A DNA stretch of 64,000 nt from the IMG/VR virus record IMGVR_UViG_3300006919_000037. One strand, given 5' to 3'. Source of the stretch: a virus. Lineage: Duplodnaviria; Heunggongvirae; Uroviricota; Caudoviricetes. Shown one piece after another: positions 29,592 through 38,654 of this stretch. Each line of letters opens with the position of its first letter. Position 1 is the stretch's first letter. The translations under genes and the position numbers were made by a program. The notes under the pieces are model-generated. The model searched no databases. It was not told where the DNA came from and was given only the letters and a program-made list of their open reading frames with translations.

Positions 29592-30641
29592 TTAGAATCC
29601 TTGTGCCACTCTCAACTTTGATAGAACCTCAGTCTCACGGAATTTCAAAGTCAGTCTGCACATTACCGGATGTCCATTAGAGAACGTCACCCACCGGGAA
29701 GCAGAGTGTGGTGCATAGTCAACTGCAATGTTTTCCAACACACACGTGTTTATTCTTGGGATTGCCAGATTTTCCTTGCCTTTATAGAAAAAGGTTATGT
29801 CAAACTCTGATGGTGGAGTGTATGTAAAACCAAGTGACAATGAATCGATTTCCGGTGCTGCATGGAATCTGAGTGATTTAATGATGTCATACATGGCATC
29901 AGACTCTTCCTGACTCTCTGGTGCAAAGAGAAATGTGAAATCGAAGCCACGTTGTGGACTATTTTCAAACAGGAATTCAATCTTTGGATTGATAGGTGCA
30001 CCAAGTAGCTGTGCACCCCTATTCAGCACACCACCGGGTGTTGCAGCACTATCACCAAGAGATGTGGCACCCGTAGCAAGGTTTGTTATACCATTGGCAA
30101 TGGATGGGAACAGTGGTGATATGAAACCGGATATAAATGAAGCTGTTGTGTTGACAAGGGTTCTTGCAGCAGCATTCGTGATGGAAGTCAGTGATACGTC
30201 TGCATACATTGCAGATTGTGAATACTGCATGGTATCGGGGATATATAATGCAATAGACTCTTTGATCCGTCTTGTGAACCGTGGCCTTGATACCTTTGCC
30301 GGGTTGTTCTGTACAGTTCCATCATTATCAAAATACTGACCGTCTATGTTGAATCTGAGTGCATCCGTCTTGGAGAGTTCATTCTCCATTGGTGTGAATA
30401 GACGTGTGCCGTTCAACGTTTGGTATGTTGATTTGTTAGGCACGTTGATATTGATGATCATATAATGTGCCTGATCAGACTGTTCACCAATATCTTTTGG
30501 GAATACCCTATATGTGAAGTCATACTCACTTTGGGTGAGTGTGAAGTCTGACGGCACATCACTTGGTAATTCAGCCCCTGTTCTGTTTTTCAGGACATCT
30601 TTAATTGCAGTGATTGCCTGATCAAAATATGAGTCGGCCAT
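29592..30641 (-). CDS. gp48: Baseplate tail tube cap
   Basis: IALYIP, INPKIEFLF...RGFDFTF.FAP..ES, YTPPSEF, CVLENIAVDY. Confidence 0.85.
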   Translation of the reverse strand: MADSYFDQAITAIKDVLKNRTGAELPSDVPSDFTLTQSEYDFTYRVFPKDIGEQSDQAHYMIININVPNKSTYQTLNGTRLFTPMENELSKTDALRFNIDGQYFDNDGTVQNNPAKVSRPRFTRRIKESIALYIPDTMQYSQSAMYADVSLTSITNAAARTLVNTTASFISGFISPLFPSIANGITNLATGATSLGDSAATPGGVLNRGAQLLGAPINPKIEFLFENSPQRGFDFTFLFAPESQEESDAMYDIIKSLRFHAAPEIDSLSLGFTYTPPSEFDITFFYKGKENLAIPRINTCVLENIAVDYAPHSASRWVTFSNGHPVMCRLTLKFRETEVLSKLRVAQGF

Positions 30642-30673
30642 TTTTCTGATTTCTCTTTGGTTTCTAGTTTACT

Positions 30674-30681
30674 TATAAATA
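30674..30681 (+). promoter_or_regulatory. Late promoter TATAAATA
   Basis: Exact T4 late consensus just upstream of gp4. Confidence 0.7.
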
Positions 30682-30686
30682 TACAC

Positions 30687-31151
30687 ATGAAAAGAAAAGG
30701 TTATAGGAACATCCAGAAGGGGAAATTCATTCCACGGCACCCCGAAAAGTATAAGGGCAACCCAAAGGGGATCATATATCGATCTTCTCTGGAGTTGGAG
30801 TTCTGCAATTATTTAGATAACAACCCACATGTTCTGGAATGGGCATCAGAAGAATTCTGTATACCATATTTTGACCCAGCCAAGAACAAACCAAGAAGGT
30901 ATTTTCCAGATTTCTGGATGAAGGCCAAAAAGGGTGACAAGATCAAGACTATGGTTGTCGAAATAAAGCCATATTCCCAGACAAAACCACCAAACACCAA
31001 GGGTAGGAAGAAAAAGGAAACTCTCATCAAGGAAGCTGTCACGTATTCAACAAATGAAGCCAAATGGGATGCAGCCGAACAGTTTTGTAAGACTAAAGGG
31101 TGGGAATTCGTGATTGTTACTGAAAAAGAATTGAGAGGGTCTAATAAATAG
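30687..31151 (+). CDS. gp4: Head completion nuclease
   Basis: GKFIPRHPEKYKGNP..IIYRSSLE, WASEE, RRYFPDF, VEIKP, NEAKW; start placed at ATG 30687. Confidence 0.9.
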   Translation: MKRKGYRNIQKGKFIPRHPEKYKGNPKGIIYRSSLELEFCNYLDNNPHVLEWASEEFCIPYFDPAKNKPRRYFPDFWMKAKKGDKIKTMVVEIKPYSQTKPPNTKGRKKKETLIKEAVTYSTNEAKWDAAEQFCKTKGWEFVIVTEKELRGSNK

Positions 31152-31155
31152 ACAT

Positions 31156-31758
31156 ATGGCAACAGAACCCAAAGACAACAATCTATTAGATAAGCTCAAA
31201 AAGGCTATAACGACTCGTGCATTTCTTGGCAAGACCAAGGATGCAGCAAACTGGCTTATTGACAAAGCCAAGGAAGCTGTATTCGGGCCTACACAACAGA
31301 AACGTATCCTGAGAGACACAGACCGTAAACGACAGTCCGTGGATATCGGGAGCATGTACTTCTTTGTGTATGATGCTAAATGGAAAGACAAGTTACCATA
31401 CTTCGATAAATTCCCTCTGGTTATCCCCATGGAGTTTTACGGGAATGGTTTTCTGGGATTGAATCTCCATTATCTCATCCCACCACAAAGGGCAGTTCTC
31501 TTGAACCGTCTGAGTGAATTGCTCACTAATAAGCATTATGATCACAACACCAGAATCAGGATTTCATATGGTGTTCTGAAATCGGCTTCAAAATTTGAAA
31601 TAGCAAAACCAGCTATCAAGAGATATTTGTACTCACACATACGAAGCCGGTTTATCTTTGTTCCAGCAGATGAATGGGATATTGCAATATATCTACCTGC
31701 TGAAAACTGGTCAAATCAAAAAGGCCCAGCAGCCCCACTTAGGAAGAGAAGAAGATAA
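31156..31758 (+). CDS. gp2: DNA end protector protein
   Basis: MYFFVYDAKWKDKLPYFDKFPL, GLNLHYL, KRYLYSHIRS. Confidence 0.9.
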   Translation: MATEPKDNNLLDKLKKAITTRAFLGKTKDAANWLIDKAKEAVFGPTQQKRILRDTDRKRQSVDIGSMYFFVYDAKWKDKLPYFDKFPLVIPMEFYGNGFLGLNLHYLIPPQRAVLLNRLSELLTNKHYDHNTRIRISYGVLKSASKFEIAKPAIKRYLYSHIRSRFIFVPADEWDIAIYLPAENWSNQKGPAAPLRKRRR

Positions 31759-32432
31759 TGGCATCATATCCAATCCAAAATGCCCCCGACATGGGTGGTA
31801 TAAACTCATACTGGTCTACCGTATCAAAGTATGGTGGACCAATGAGGCCAAATCGGTTTGCTGTGGTTATTCCAGCCCCACTTATTTTCGGCTCATCTAA
31901 CGGCTTTACGGAAGAACTGGCATATCTGTGTGATACAGCATCCCTACCCAGCCGTGGTTGGTTGCTGGACCCATACAAGTATAATGGACCAACACGTATC
32001 CAACCAGTCACACAAGAGTATGAGCAATTCAATGTACAGTTCATTCTACGTGACCAGATGCTTGAAAAGCAATATTTTGACAACTGGATGGAAATTATCC
32101 AACCGGGTCATGATTGGGGATTCTCATATAAGAAGGATTATTGTGTAGACATTCGTGTATATACATTATCAAAGAGTAAAGACACTGAGTTCACAGGCAC
32201 ATATAGTGTTACATTGAAAAAGGCTTGGCCAACTTCAATTGCAACAATTCCATTGACTGATGCTGATAATTCCTTTGGGAAGCTTGAGGTCTCTTTTGTG
32301 TATGAGAGATTGTATCGTGATGATGTTGATCCACAACCATCAGACTTTCAACTTGTTGACATACCGGGTACATCTATCAAGAGAGAAGGTGGTACAAGAC
32401 TACCTCAAATTGTACCAGCTAGAATTCAATGA
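31758..32432 (+). CDS. Tail tube initiator / tube-family protein (gp54/gp19-like)
   Basis: RPNRFAV, CDTASLPSR, YFDNW, LKKAWPTSI..IPL, KLEVSFVY. Confidence 0.7.
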   Translation: MASYPIQNAPDMGGINSYWSTVSKYGGPMRPNRFAVVIPAPLIFGSSNGFTEELAYLCDTASLPSRGWLLDPYKYNGPTRIQPVTQEYEQFNVQFILRDQMLEKQYFDNWMEIIQPGHDWGFSYKKDYCVDIRVYTLSKSKDTEFTGTYSVTLKKAWPTSIATIPLTDADNSFGKLEVSFVYERLYRDDVDPQPSDFQLVDIPGTSIKREGGTRLPQIVPARIQ

Positions 32433-32585
32433 TTTTTGGATTCTGGAGATGAGTCAAGCTACTTAGAAAACCATAACGACTCTAAACGACTCTATAATCC
32501 TTAAAACGGGACAGTATACTATATAACACGAGTTTTAGGCTTGTCAAGAGGCAAATGAAAAAAAACTTTAAAAAAGAGAGATATA

Positions 32586-33305
32586 ATGACAATACCAAGA
32601 TCACCGACTGTACCACATACGAAAATACATCTACCTTCTGGCTTGACCGTCACTGCCAGACCATTTTTGGTTGAAGAGGAAATGATACTTCTCCATGCAC
32701 TGGAGAGCAGGTCTGAGGAGCAGATGATGACTGCAACCGAACAGGTTCTTGGTGCATGTATCATAGAGCCTAAGAATCTCAAAATTGCTGAGATGGCATA
32801 TTTTGATGTTGACTACATGTTGATCAAGATGAAGGGTATTTCCGTGGGGACTGACATGAAGGTCAAATTCCATTGTAATAACGTGGTGGATGGGAAGCCA
32901 TGTAACCATGATTTTGACGTTGAGTTTGATATAGATGAATTGAAATTCACTGAACCATCAAAGAATAACCAGATAGAGCTTGGTGATGGTATTGGTGTTG
33001 TGATGAGATATCCATCATTCTATGCCATGAGACAAGCTATGTATGAACTGGATGATAAGCAGCAGGCTATGGACCTAGTTGTGGATTCGATAGAAAAGAT
33101 ATTCGACAAGGAAACAGTGTACAGTGATATGACGGATCACGAGAAGGTTGAATGGGTCAACCACCTCACAAAGAAGCATTTTGACCTGATGGGTAATTTT
33201 GTCAATCAGGCTTCCACGGTATATTTCGAGACTGAACACCAATGCCCATCATGTGGATTTGATCATAGATTGGAGTATAATGATTTCTCCGGTTTTTTTA
33301 CCTGA
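32586..33305 (+). CDS. gp26: Baseplate hub assembly protein
   Basis: LPSG..RPFLVEEE.ILL, FDVDY, KSVG-like motif, two CxxC-type pairs, MRYPS, ends SGFFT. Confidence 0.85.
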   Translation: MTIPRSPTVPHTKIHLPSGLTVTARPFLVEEEMILLHALESRSEEQMMTATEQVLGACIIEPKNLKIAEMAYFDVDYMLIKMKGISVGTDMKVKFHCNNVVDGKPCNHDFDVEFDIDELKFTEPSKNNQIELGDGIGVVMRYPSFYAMRQAMYELDDKQQAMDLVVDSIEKIFDKETVYSDMTDHEKVEWVNHLTKKHFDLMGNFVNQASTVYFETEHQCPSCGFDHRLEYNDFSGFFT

Positions 33306-33514
33306 TCTTTGGCTATGGTGATCTTGCCGGTATATACTCACAGAGTTTCCAACTATCATATTTCCACAAATATGACATGGATAAATTCAAGAAGATGATT
33401 CCGTGGGAACGGTATATGTTCATTGATATGATGGCAGCAGAAATCAGTGCCGAAGACGAAAGAAAACGAGATGCTAAAGCAGCACAGGAAGCAAGGAACC
33501 GGCTAAATGTATAA
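33299..33514 (+). CDS. gp51: gp51-like segment in the -1 frame, with no own start codon over the conserved region
   Basis: Manual translation YLIFGYGDLAGIYSQSFQLSYFHKYDMDKFKKMIPWERYMFIDMM...; MIPWER is the gp51 hallmark; absent from the ORF track. Confidence 0.75.
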   Translation, partial: YLIFGYGDLAGIYSQSFQLSYFHKYDMDKFKKMIPWERYMFIDMMAAEISAEDERKRDAKAAQEARNRLNV

Positions 33515-35876
33515 CGACAGTTCACAGATAAAGGACTTTAAAAGATACATATTAGCACAACCAGTACGAAAAAGACAAGAGATTGTTGATTTTGATGATA
33601 CCGGCTTGCTTGATTTCCTGACTAATGCCCTGACCCCAACCGAAAGAGCATTGCTGTTCCCTGATTACTTCAAGAAGGAAGTTCCAGTCACAACAAAAGA
33701 TGGTACTGCATCAGACACCCCCAGAAGTGGAACATCCACCCAGACCGGTAGTGGTACACCAGACACCCCCGGTGTGCCTGCCCACCCAGCAGCACAGGCA
33801 GTAGCCAGAGAGAGGGCAAACAAAGGTTCACAGGTTCCAGCACAGGAACCGGGTAGAAAGCCTGTTGTTGGCTCTAATGGTAAACCTGTAAAGCAGTTTG
33901 AACCACAAACAGGTGTGAATAGTCAGAGTGAACGTATGAAAGCTGTTTATAACGGATACATAGAAGCTGGTATGTCTCCAGCTTGGGCACGTGCCATGAT
34001 TGGTGAGAATGGTAGAGAAAGCAGTTTCAGTAAAGCAGCTATGTTCCACACCCACACAGATGCTGCAAACGGTGCAACAAATGTGGGTATGATGTCTTGG
34101 CAGGGTTCAAGAGCTAGAAAACTTATTGAGTTTTTGGGTAATGTACCGGGTGCACTTGATGAAAATGGCCGACTAACAGAGAGTGTTGCAGCCATCAAGG
34201 GACAGGCAGCATTTGCATATCATGAAATCCAGAATAATCCATCTTATAAAAAGACTCGTGAGGCTATGGCTAATAATCCGGATGGGATGGATGATATGGC
34301 AATGGCCACGGTTTTAGGTAAGAACTATATACGTTGGAGAATAGATGATCCCAGATATCGTTCCAGTGGTCTGAAAAACCGTAAAGACTTCATGAATAAA
34401 TTTGACAAGATTATGGAAACTGATGGCACTGTTATTGGTGCATCATATCCAACACCATCAGAGGGTGGAACAGCCACATCATCAGAGGGTGGAACAGCCA
34501 CGGCCATAGAACCTGTCAAGACCTCATATGATGATCTTAGATCATCCTTCCCTAAAGAAGTTGGTGTTGATTCACCAATATGGGATCAGGTGGACCCTGA
34601 ACTAAAGAAAGCCAGAAACAGGATTGTTGATAGAGATGGTGGGCTTGTTACCACTGAAGCTCTCATTGCAGCAGATGCAGCATCAAAAGTTTTGAGAAAG
34701 AATGGTCTCAAACCAAGAATCCCACCCGGTGGTGGTGGTGATGATAATCATTCTAAGAACCATGGTAAGGGATCATCCGTTAACAATGCAATCGACTTGG
34801 CAGCAAGTGATGCTAACGGTAAACATGTGAGAATCGGGAGAGGTGTGAGTAGAGAAGTTAAACTTGAGATGGCAGCAGCAGCCCAGTTGGCATCAAAAGG
34901 GAATTTCAGACTTGGAATGCCACTTGCTGACTCCAATGCATCTATGCACCTACAGCCTGATCCTAAAATGGAAGCCAGAGCATGGGGATATACTGACAAA
35001 GGTAAGGCTGGTGGAACAGGATCGATAAAATCACTTCAACGTGATCGAACCGGGCTTGGGCAGGATACGATTACACAGTATGAAGCAATAAAGAAAATGA
35101 ATCTGGATGAACGTAATCAGATGCTTGCACAAATCACTGGTGTAGAAACATCAGGTGAGACACAAGTTGCAGAAGCACCGGCACCGGCATCTATGAAGAC
35201 GTTCATGGTGAAGGATATGTATAAACCTGCCATGGAGACCATCAAAAAGAATGCAGCCAAGGTTGGTGCTATTGATAATGGAGATGGATCGTTTTCAATG
35301 ACTGAGGAAACTGTAAAGAATCTTCGGGATAAGGGAGTCGATTTTGAGCAATATGCTGATGTTGTAGATAACCCTGCACCTAACCCTGCTGTTGCAGAGG
35401 CTGTAAAGCCCACTGAGCCGAAGATAGTCAATGCCAGCACTTCGGGTACACCAGAAGCTCCTACAGCCTCTCCAGTGCCCCCTACAGCCCCAGCACCGTT
35501 GTCTATAGATTCAGAAAAGGGTGAAGAAAAACCATTGGAAGTAACCGTGCACCCACTTATGAAGAAAAACAAACCAGTTGTTGATCAGAAGACATCACCA
35601 AATTTGAAACCCGTGGGTGATGAGCAGGCTTCTAATACAATGCCAGAAAAGAATGTTCAATATACAGAAGCTGAACAACCTGCTGCACAACAACAACAAA
35701 CAGCAATGATGACCCCATCGACAGTACCTCAACAGCCACCCCAACAAAGTTCTGATGACACATCAGCAAATAGAAAGGTGGTCCCTAAATCATATGTGGA
35801 TGCTGTGAGAAGATCATCTTTCCAAGGTGCTGAAAGAGGTTATTGGAATCCTATTGGGACATCAGCACTGGTATAA
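33507..35876 (+). CDS. Large baseplate/tail protein with phage-tail-lysozyme-like domain and possible peptidase domain
   Basis: AMIGENGRESSF...GMMSWQGSR...QAAFAYHEI (tail lysozyme type); HGKG...AIDL...HLQ (M15-like); low-complexity linkers. Confidence 0.6.
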   Translation: MYNDSSQIKDFKRYILAQPVRKRQEIVDFDDTGLLDFLTNALTPTERALLFPDYFKKEVPVTTKDGTASDTPRSGTSTQTGSGTPDTPGVPAHPAAQAVARERANKGSQVPAQEPGRKPVVGSNGKPVKQFEPQTGVNSQSERMKAVYNGYIEAGMSPAWARAMIGENGRESSFSKAAMFHTHTDAANGATNVGMMSWQGSRARKLIEFLGNVPGALDENGRLTESVAAIKGQAAFAYHEIQNNPSYKKTREAMANNPDGMDDMAMATVLGKNYIRWRIDDPRYRSSGLKNRKDFMNKFDKIMETDGTVIGASYPTPSEGGTATSSEGGTATAIEPVKTSYDDLRSSFPKEVGVDSPIWDQVDPELKKARNRIVDRDGGLVTTEALIAADAASKVLRKNGLKPRIPPGGGGDDNHSKNHGKGSSVNNAIDLAASDANGKHVRIGRGVSREVKLEMAAAAQLASKGNFRLGMPLADSNASMHLQPDPKMEARAWGYTDKGKAGGTGSIKSLQRDRTGLGQDTITQYEAIKKMNLDERNQMLAQITGVETSGETQVAEAPAPASMKTFMVKDMYKPAMETIKKNAAKVGAIDNGDGSFSMTEETVKNLRDKGVDFEQYADVVDNPAPNPAVAEAVKPTEPKIVNASTSGTPEAPTASPVPPTAPAPLSIDSEKGEEKPLEVTVHPLMKKNKPVVDQKTSPNLKPVGDEQASNTMPEKNVQYTEAEQPAAQQQQTAMMTPSTVPQQPPQQSSDDTSANRKVVPKSYVDAVRRSSFQGAERGYWNPIGTSALV

Positions 35877-35880
35877 AAAA

Positions 35881-35904
35881 AAGAGGGGACCAAAATCCCC
35901 TCTT
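35881..35904 (-). terminator. Rho-independent terminator between convergent genes
   Basis: AAGAGGGGA-CCAAAA-TCCCCTCTT hairpin with adjacent A8 run. Confidence 0.8.
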
Positions 35905-35916
35905 CTTCATTAGTGT

Positions 35917-36867
35917 TTAGTCACCAAGATTATTGAAGTATGCCAATTCATCATCGTCATCTTCAGATGCTTTATCTGCTGCATCATCCAAATCAAAAGG
36001 CACTTCATCATCTTCATCATCATCACTAGCAGCTTGTTCTGCTTTTGGCTTCTCTTCCTTCTTCTTACCTGATGGTGATCCGGTAATAAGTTCCTTGGAA
36101 GATGTACCAACAACCCGATCCAGCTTTGCCAGAAGAGTTTCATAGGATTCATAGTTCTTTGGATCAACAAATTCCTTGATACCATATGTGCTGTTGCAGA
36201 TTTCAAGAACCTTTTCAGGGTCTTCGTCAATAGCACTCATCGGCTCAAATGTTGAGTCGTCATAGTTTGGCCAAGAGTTTGGACCAGACTTTTCCAACTT
36301 CTTCTTGAGTTTGAAGTTTGCACCCTTAAAAGGATCAAAGGCATTGATAGGAACTTCACCCAACTCAACATCAGGATTCATCAGATTATTGATCTTGTCA
36401 AAAATCTTGATACCATACCTGAACAGGAATACCTTGCCATTGTTATCCGGTTTTGCCGGATCATTGACAACAAGGATGTTGGACACATAACTCAAACGTC
36501 TTTTTGAGTACCGGGAAACAAACTCCCTTTGTGCCGTACCTTCACCATGGTCCCATAGCCATGTATTGTATTCAGAAACAGGGTCTTCCTGCTGAATGCT
36601 GGTTAGGGACTTTTCAATATACCACTTACCATTCTTACCCTTGAACCCGTGAGTCCAATAACGTTGGAATGGTACACCATCATCACCATCTGCTGGTGAG
36701 GCTGGCAGGAACCGGATAATAGCCATTGCATTACCGGCTTTGTCAGATGTTGGAGTCCAGAATCTCTGGTCATCTGCTTTTTCATAAGTCTTGTTCATCT
36801 TTGACATCTCTTTTGACAGAGATTCCAGATTTCCAGACTTCTTCTTCAGGCTTTCTAAAGTATACAT
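35917..36867 (-). CDS. gp32: Single-stranded DNA-binding protein
   Basis: DQRFW.P..DKAGN..AIIRFLP, WYIEKSLTS, GKVFLFRYGIKIFDKI, GANFKLK, acidic tail. Confidence 0.95.
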   Translation of the reverse strand: MYTLESLKKKSGNLESLSKEMSKMNKTYEKADDQRFWTPTSDKAGNAMAIIRFLPASPADGDDGVPFQRYWTHGFKGKNGKWYIEKSLTSIQQEDPVSEYNTWLWDHGEGTAQREFVSRYSKRRLSYVSNILVVNDPAKPDNNGKVFLFRYGIKIFDKINNLMNPDVELGEVPINAFDPFKGANFKLKKKLEKSGPNSWPNYDDSTFEPMSAIDEDPEKVLEICNSTYGIKEFVDPKNYESYETLLAKLDRVVGTSSKELITGSPSGKKKEEKPKAEQAASDDDEDDEVPFDLDDAADKASEDDDDELAYFNNLGD

Positions 36868-36946
36868 TTGCAGTTCTCTTCTTTGTTACTTGCCATTATG
36901 GCTGTTTATATAATCGTATATTCATATCCATAACAAAAAACCGTAA

Positions 36947-37555
36947 TTAGACTGAGATGAACTTCTTCAGGATGTTCTTCATTTTCGGCTTAGAGTATTT
37001 CAGAAACGATCTAAGCTTCATGGCCTTATTACGGGTATCCGGCCATAGTATGTCTTCCTGTAGTTTGGAATCTATGGCTGAAAAGTATTCGATAGGCAAT
37101 ATATCGTTAAGGATGATCAAGGTTTCAACCCCTAACTCACCAGAATATATTTCCTTTAGTATCAATGGGTTCTGCCCATCTATCACCTGAAGGGCTTCGA
37201 TGGGTTCATCAACTTGACTGAACAGCTTCTCAAGGTCACTCTTGAAGAATTCCCCGATAGCTTGTTTCCGTTTCGTGAATTGTGTGAATTCCTTGTGTGC
37301 CTCTGGTGTGAGCAGTTTACCCACCCATACAGACTCACCGGACTTGAGATTGGCCACCATGAAATCTACCATTTCACTCTCACGGTACTTGCTGGCCAGT
37401 TTATGAAAGAACATCTTGTCTTTCCTCTCATTGAATTTTTCCAATGAGGTATTCTTGATTGATCCACCATACAAATTGTAGTCATACTGCTTGGTGGTGA
37501 AGTGTAACTTGATAGCTAGATATGTTTTGAACACATCAAAAGGGTCCATTCTCAT
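36947..37555 (-). CDS. gp59: Helicase loader
   Basis: YLAIKLHFT..YDY..YGG, F..RKDK.FF.KLA, ETLIILN. Confidence 0.85.
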   Translation of the reverse strand: MRMDPFDVFKTYLAIKLHFTTKQYDYNLYGGSIKNTSLEKFNERKDKMFFHKLASKYRESEMVDFMVANLKSGESVWVGKLLTPEAHKEFTQFTKRKQAIGEFFKSDLEKLFSQVDEPIEALQVIDGQNPLILKEIYSGELGVETLIILNDILPIEYFSAIDSKLQEDILWPDTRNKAMKLRSFLKYSKPKMKNILKKFISV

Positions 37556-37608
37556 TTAAGCTTTTCCACTAATTGTCTTGTTATTCTTTTAGAGTTCATG
37601 CACCTGAT

Positions 37609-37634
37609 AAAAAATGTCCCGTTTGGCACGGGAC
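37609..37634 (-). terminator. Rho-independent terminator
   Basis: GTCCCGT-GCCAA-ACGGGAC followed by ATTTTTT on the minus strand. Confidence 0.7.
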
Positions 37635-37754
37635 CACACCCACTGATTACTAGACATTTAGAGGGACCGTCTTGAACCATGTGTAAAGTCATCCAGTCCC
37701 ATTGGTAGAGGTAGTAAAGGACCCCACCTTTGTCAAGTGAGGTCCTTTTGTTTT

Positions 37755-37825
37755 TGGAGCCTGTGTGGGGAATTGAACCCCAACCATCGGGTTTGAAATC
37801 CCTAGATCACCCAGTGAACACAGAC
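37755..37825 (-). tRNA. Atypical tRNA-like element (encoded CCA, shrunken D-loop, ambiguous anticodon arm)
   Basis: Acceptor GTCTGTG/CACAGGC + T-CCA; T-arm TGGGG-TTCAATT-CCCCA; D-arm TCAC-TGG-GTGA; anticodon arm TAGGG-ATTTCAAA-CCCGA. Confidence 0.6.
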
Positions 37826-37832
37826 TTTAACC

Positions 37833-38198
37833 TTATGCAAACATCCATTCACGAATGGCTTCCGGAGTCACATTGGCATGTTTTTCCAACCCATACTTCT
37901 GGATCATTGGTTCGATCTTTGAAATGAGATGGGTCGGCACCCTGTTCGTATAGTTCTCAATCTGCTTATATTTCAGACCACGGATATAACCACGGGCAAG
38001 ATGTGTGGCTCTGGCTGTCGGACGAACCACACTGATCCGGTGGTGATGCAAGTTTTCAAACCTGCAATATTGTACATCATTTGGTTTCCACAGCTTGGAA
38101 AGTTTTCGACCATACTTAAGGGCTTTCTGTTCTTCCCGTTTGATGATCTTCGTTTCCTCAGAGAGGGTGTTGAATTTGACTTTGAGTTCGATACTCAT
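37833..38198 (-). CDS. Basic hypothetical protein
   Basis: MSIELKVK...LHHHR..VVR..ARATHLARGY; SD AAGGA upstream; ATG at 38198. Confidence 0.7.
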   Translation of the reverse strand: MSIELKVKFNTLSEETKIIKREEQKALKYGRKLSKLWKPNDVQYCRFENLHHHRISVVRPTARATHLARGYIRGLKYKQIENYTNRVPTHLISKIEPMIQKYGLEKHANVTPEAIREWMFA

Positions 38199-38340
38199 TT
38201 TCAAGTTTCCTTATGTTTGATATGTAATTGTATATCACTTCATCATTTTGATATGTCACTGCATATCAAACTAGGGTGGTTTTTGAATGAGGCATTCAGA
38301 ACATTGTCATTTCCTTTTACGTTTTGGTTTAATAAGCATC

Positions 38341-38447
38341 CGGTTGCCGGTCAAGACTTCTGCTGTTCACAGATCAGGAATTCCACCCCTCAAGCATATG
38401 TGTATACTCTACATGGCACCATACACAAAATCTCGACCGGTCAACCG
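38341..38447. ncRNA. Candidate structured ncRNA
   Basis: About 19-bp closing stem (38341-38359 with 38428-38447) enclosing internal hairpins; intergenic. Confidence 0.4.
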
Positions 38448-38654
38448 AATTAGTATCCTGCTACTTTAACACTACCACGGCCTCAAGCCAATTGGGCCAA
38501 TCAAACTACGTTGGACTTCCGGGTTTAGTGCCCAGTGTGCTTTCAGGATGTTCATGATCCTTAGTTCTTGTAACACCTTCTCAATTACCGGTAACCGGTC
38601 GTCTCTCGAAGGAACCATATTGGTGCATGACCCCCAACATGGTGGAATTCAAAT

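Noticed and set aside
34458-34499. Short direct repeat encoding SEGGTAT twice
   Set aside because: An ordinary in-frame duplication in a flexible linker.
37556-37600. 15-aa ORF overlapping the gp59 start as a leader peptide or gp33 remnant
   Set aside because: Too short, with no motif support.
38472-38618. 48-aa minus-strand ORF (MVPSRDDRLP...) between tmRNA and structured RNA
   Set aside because: No clear SD or recognisable motif; cannot be told apart from chance.
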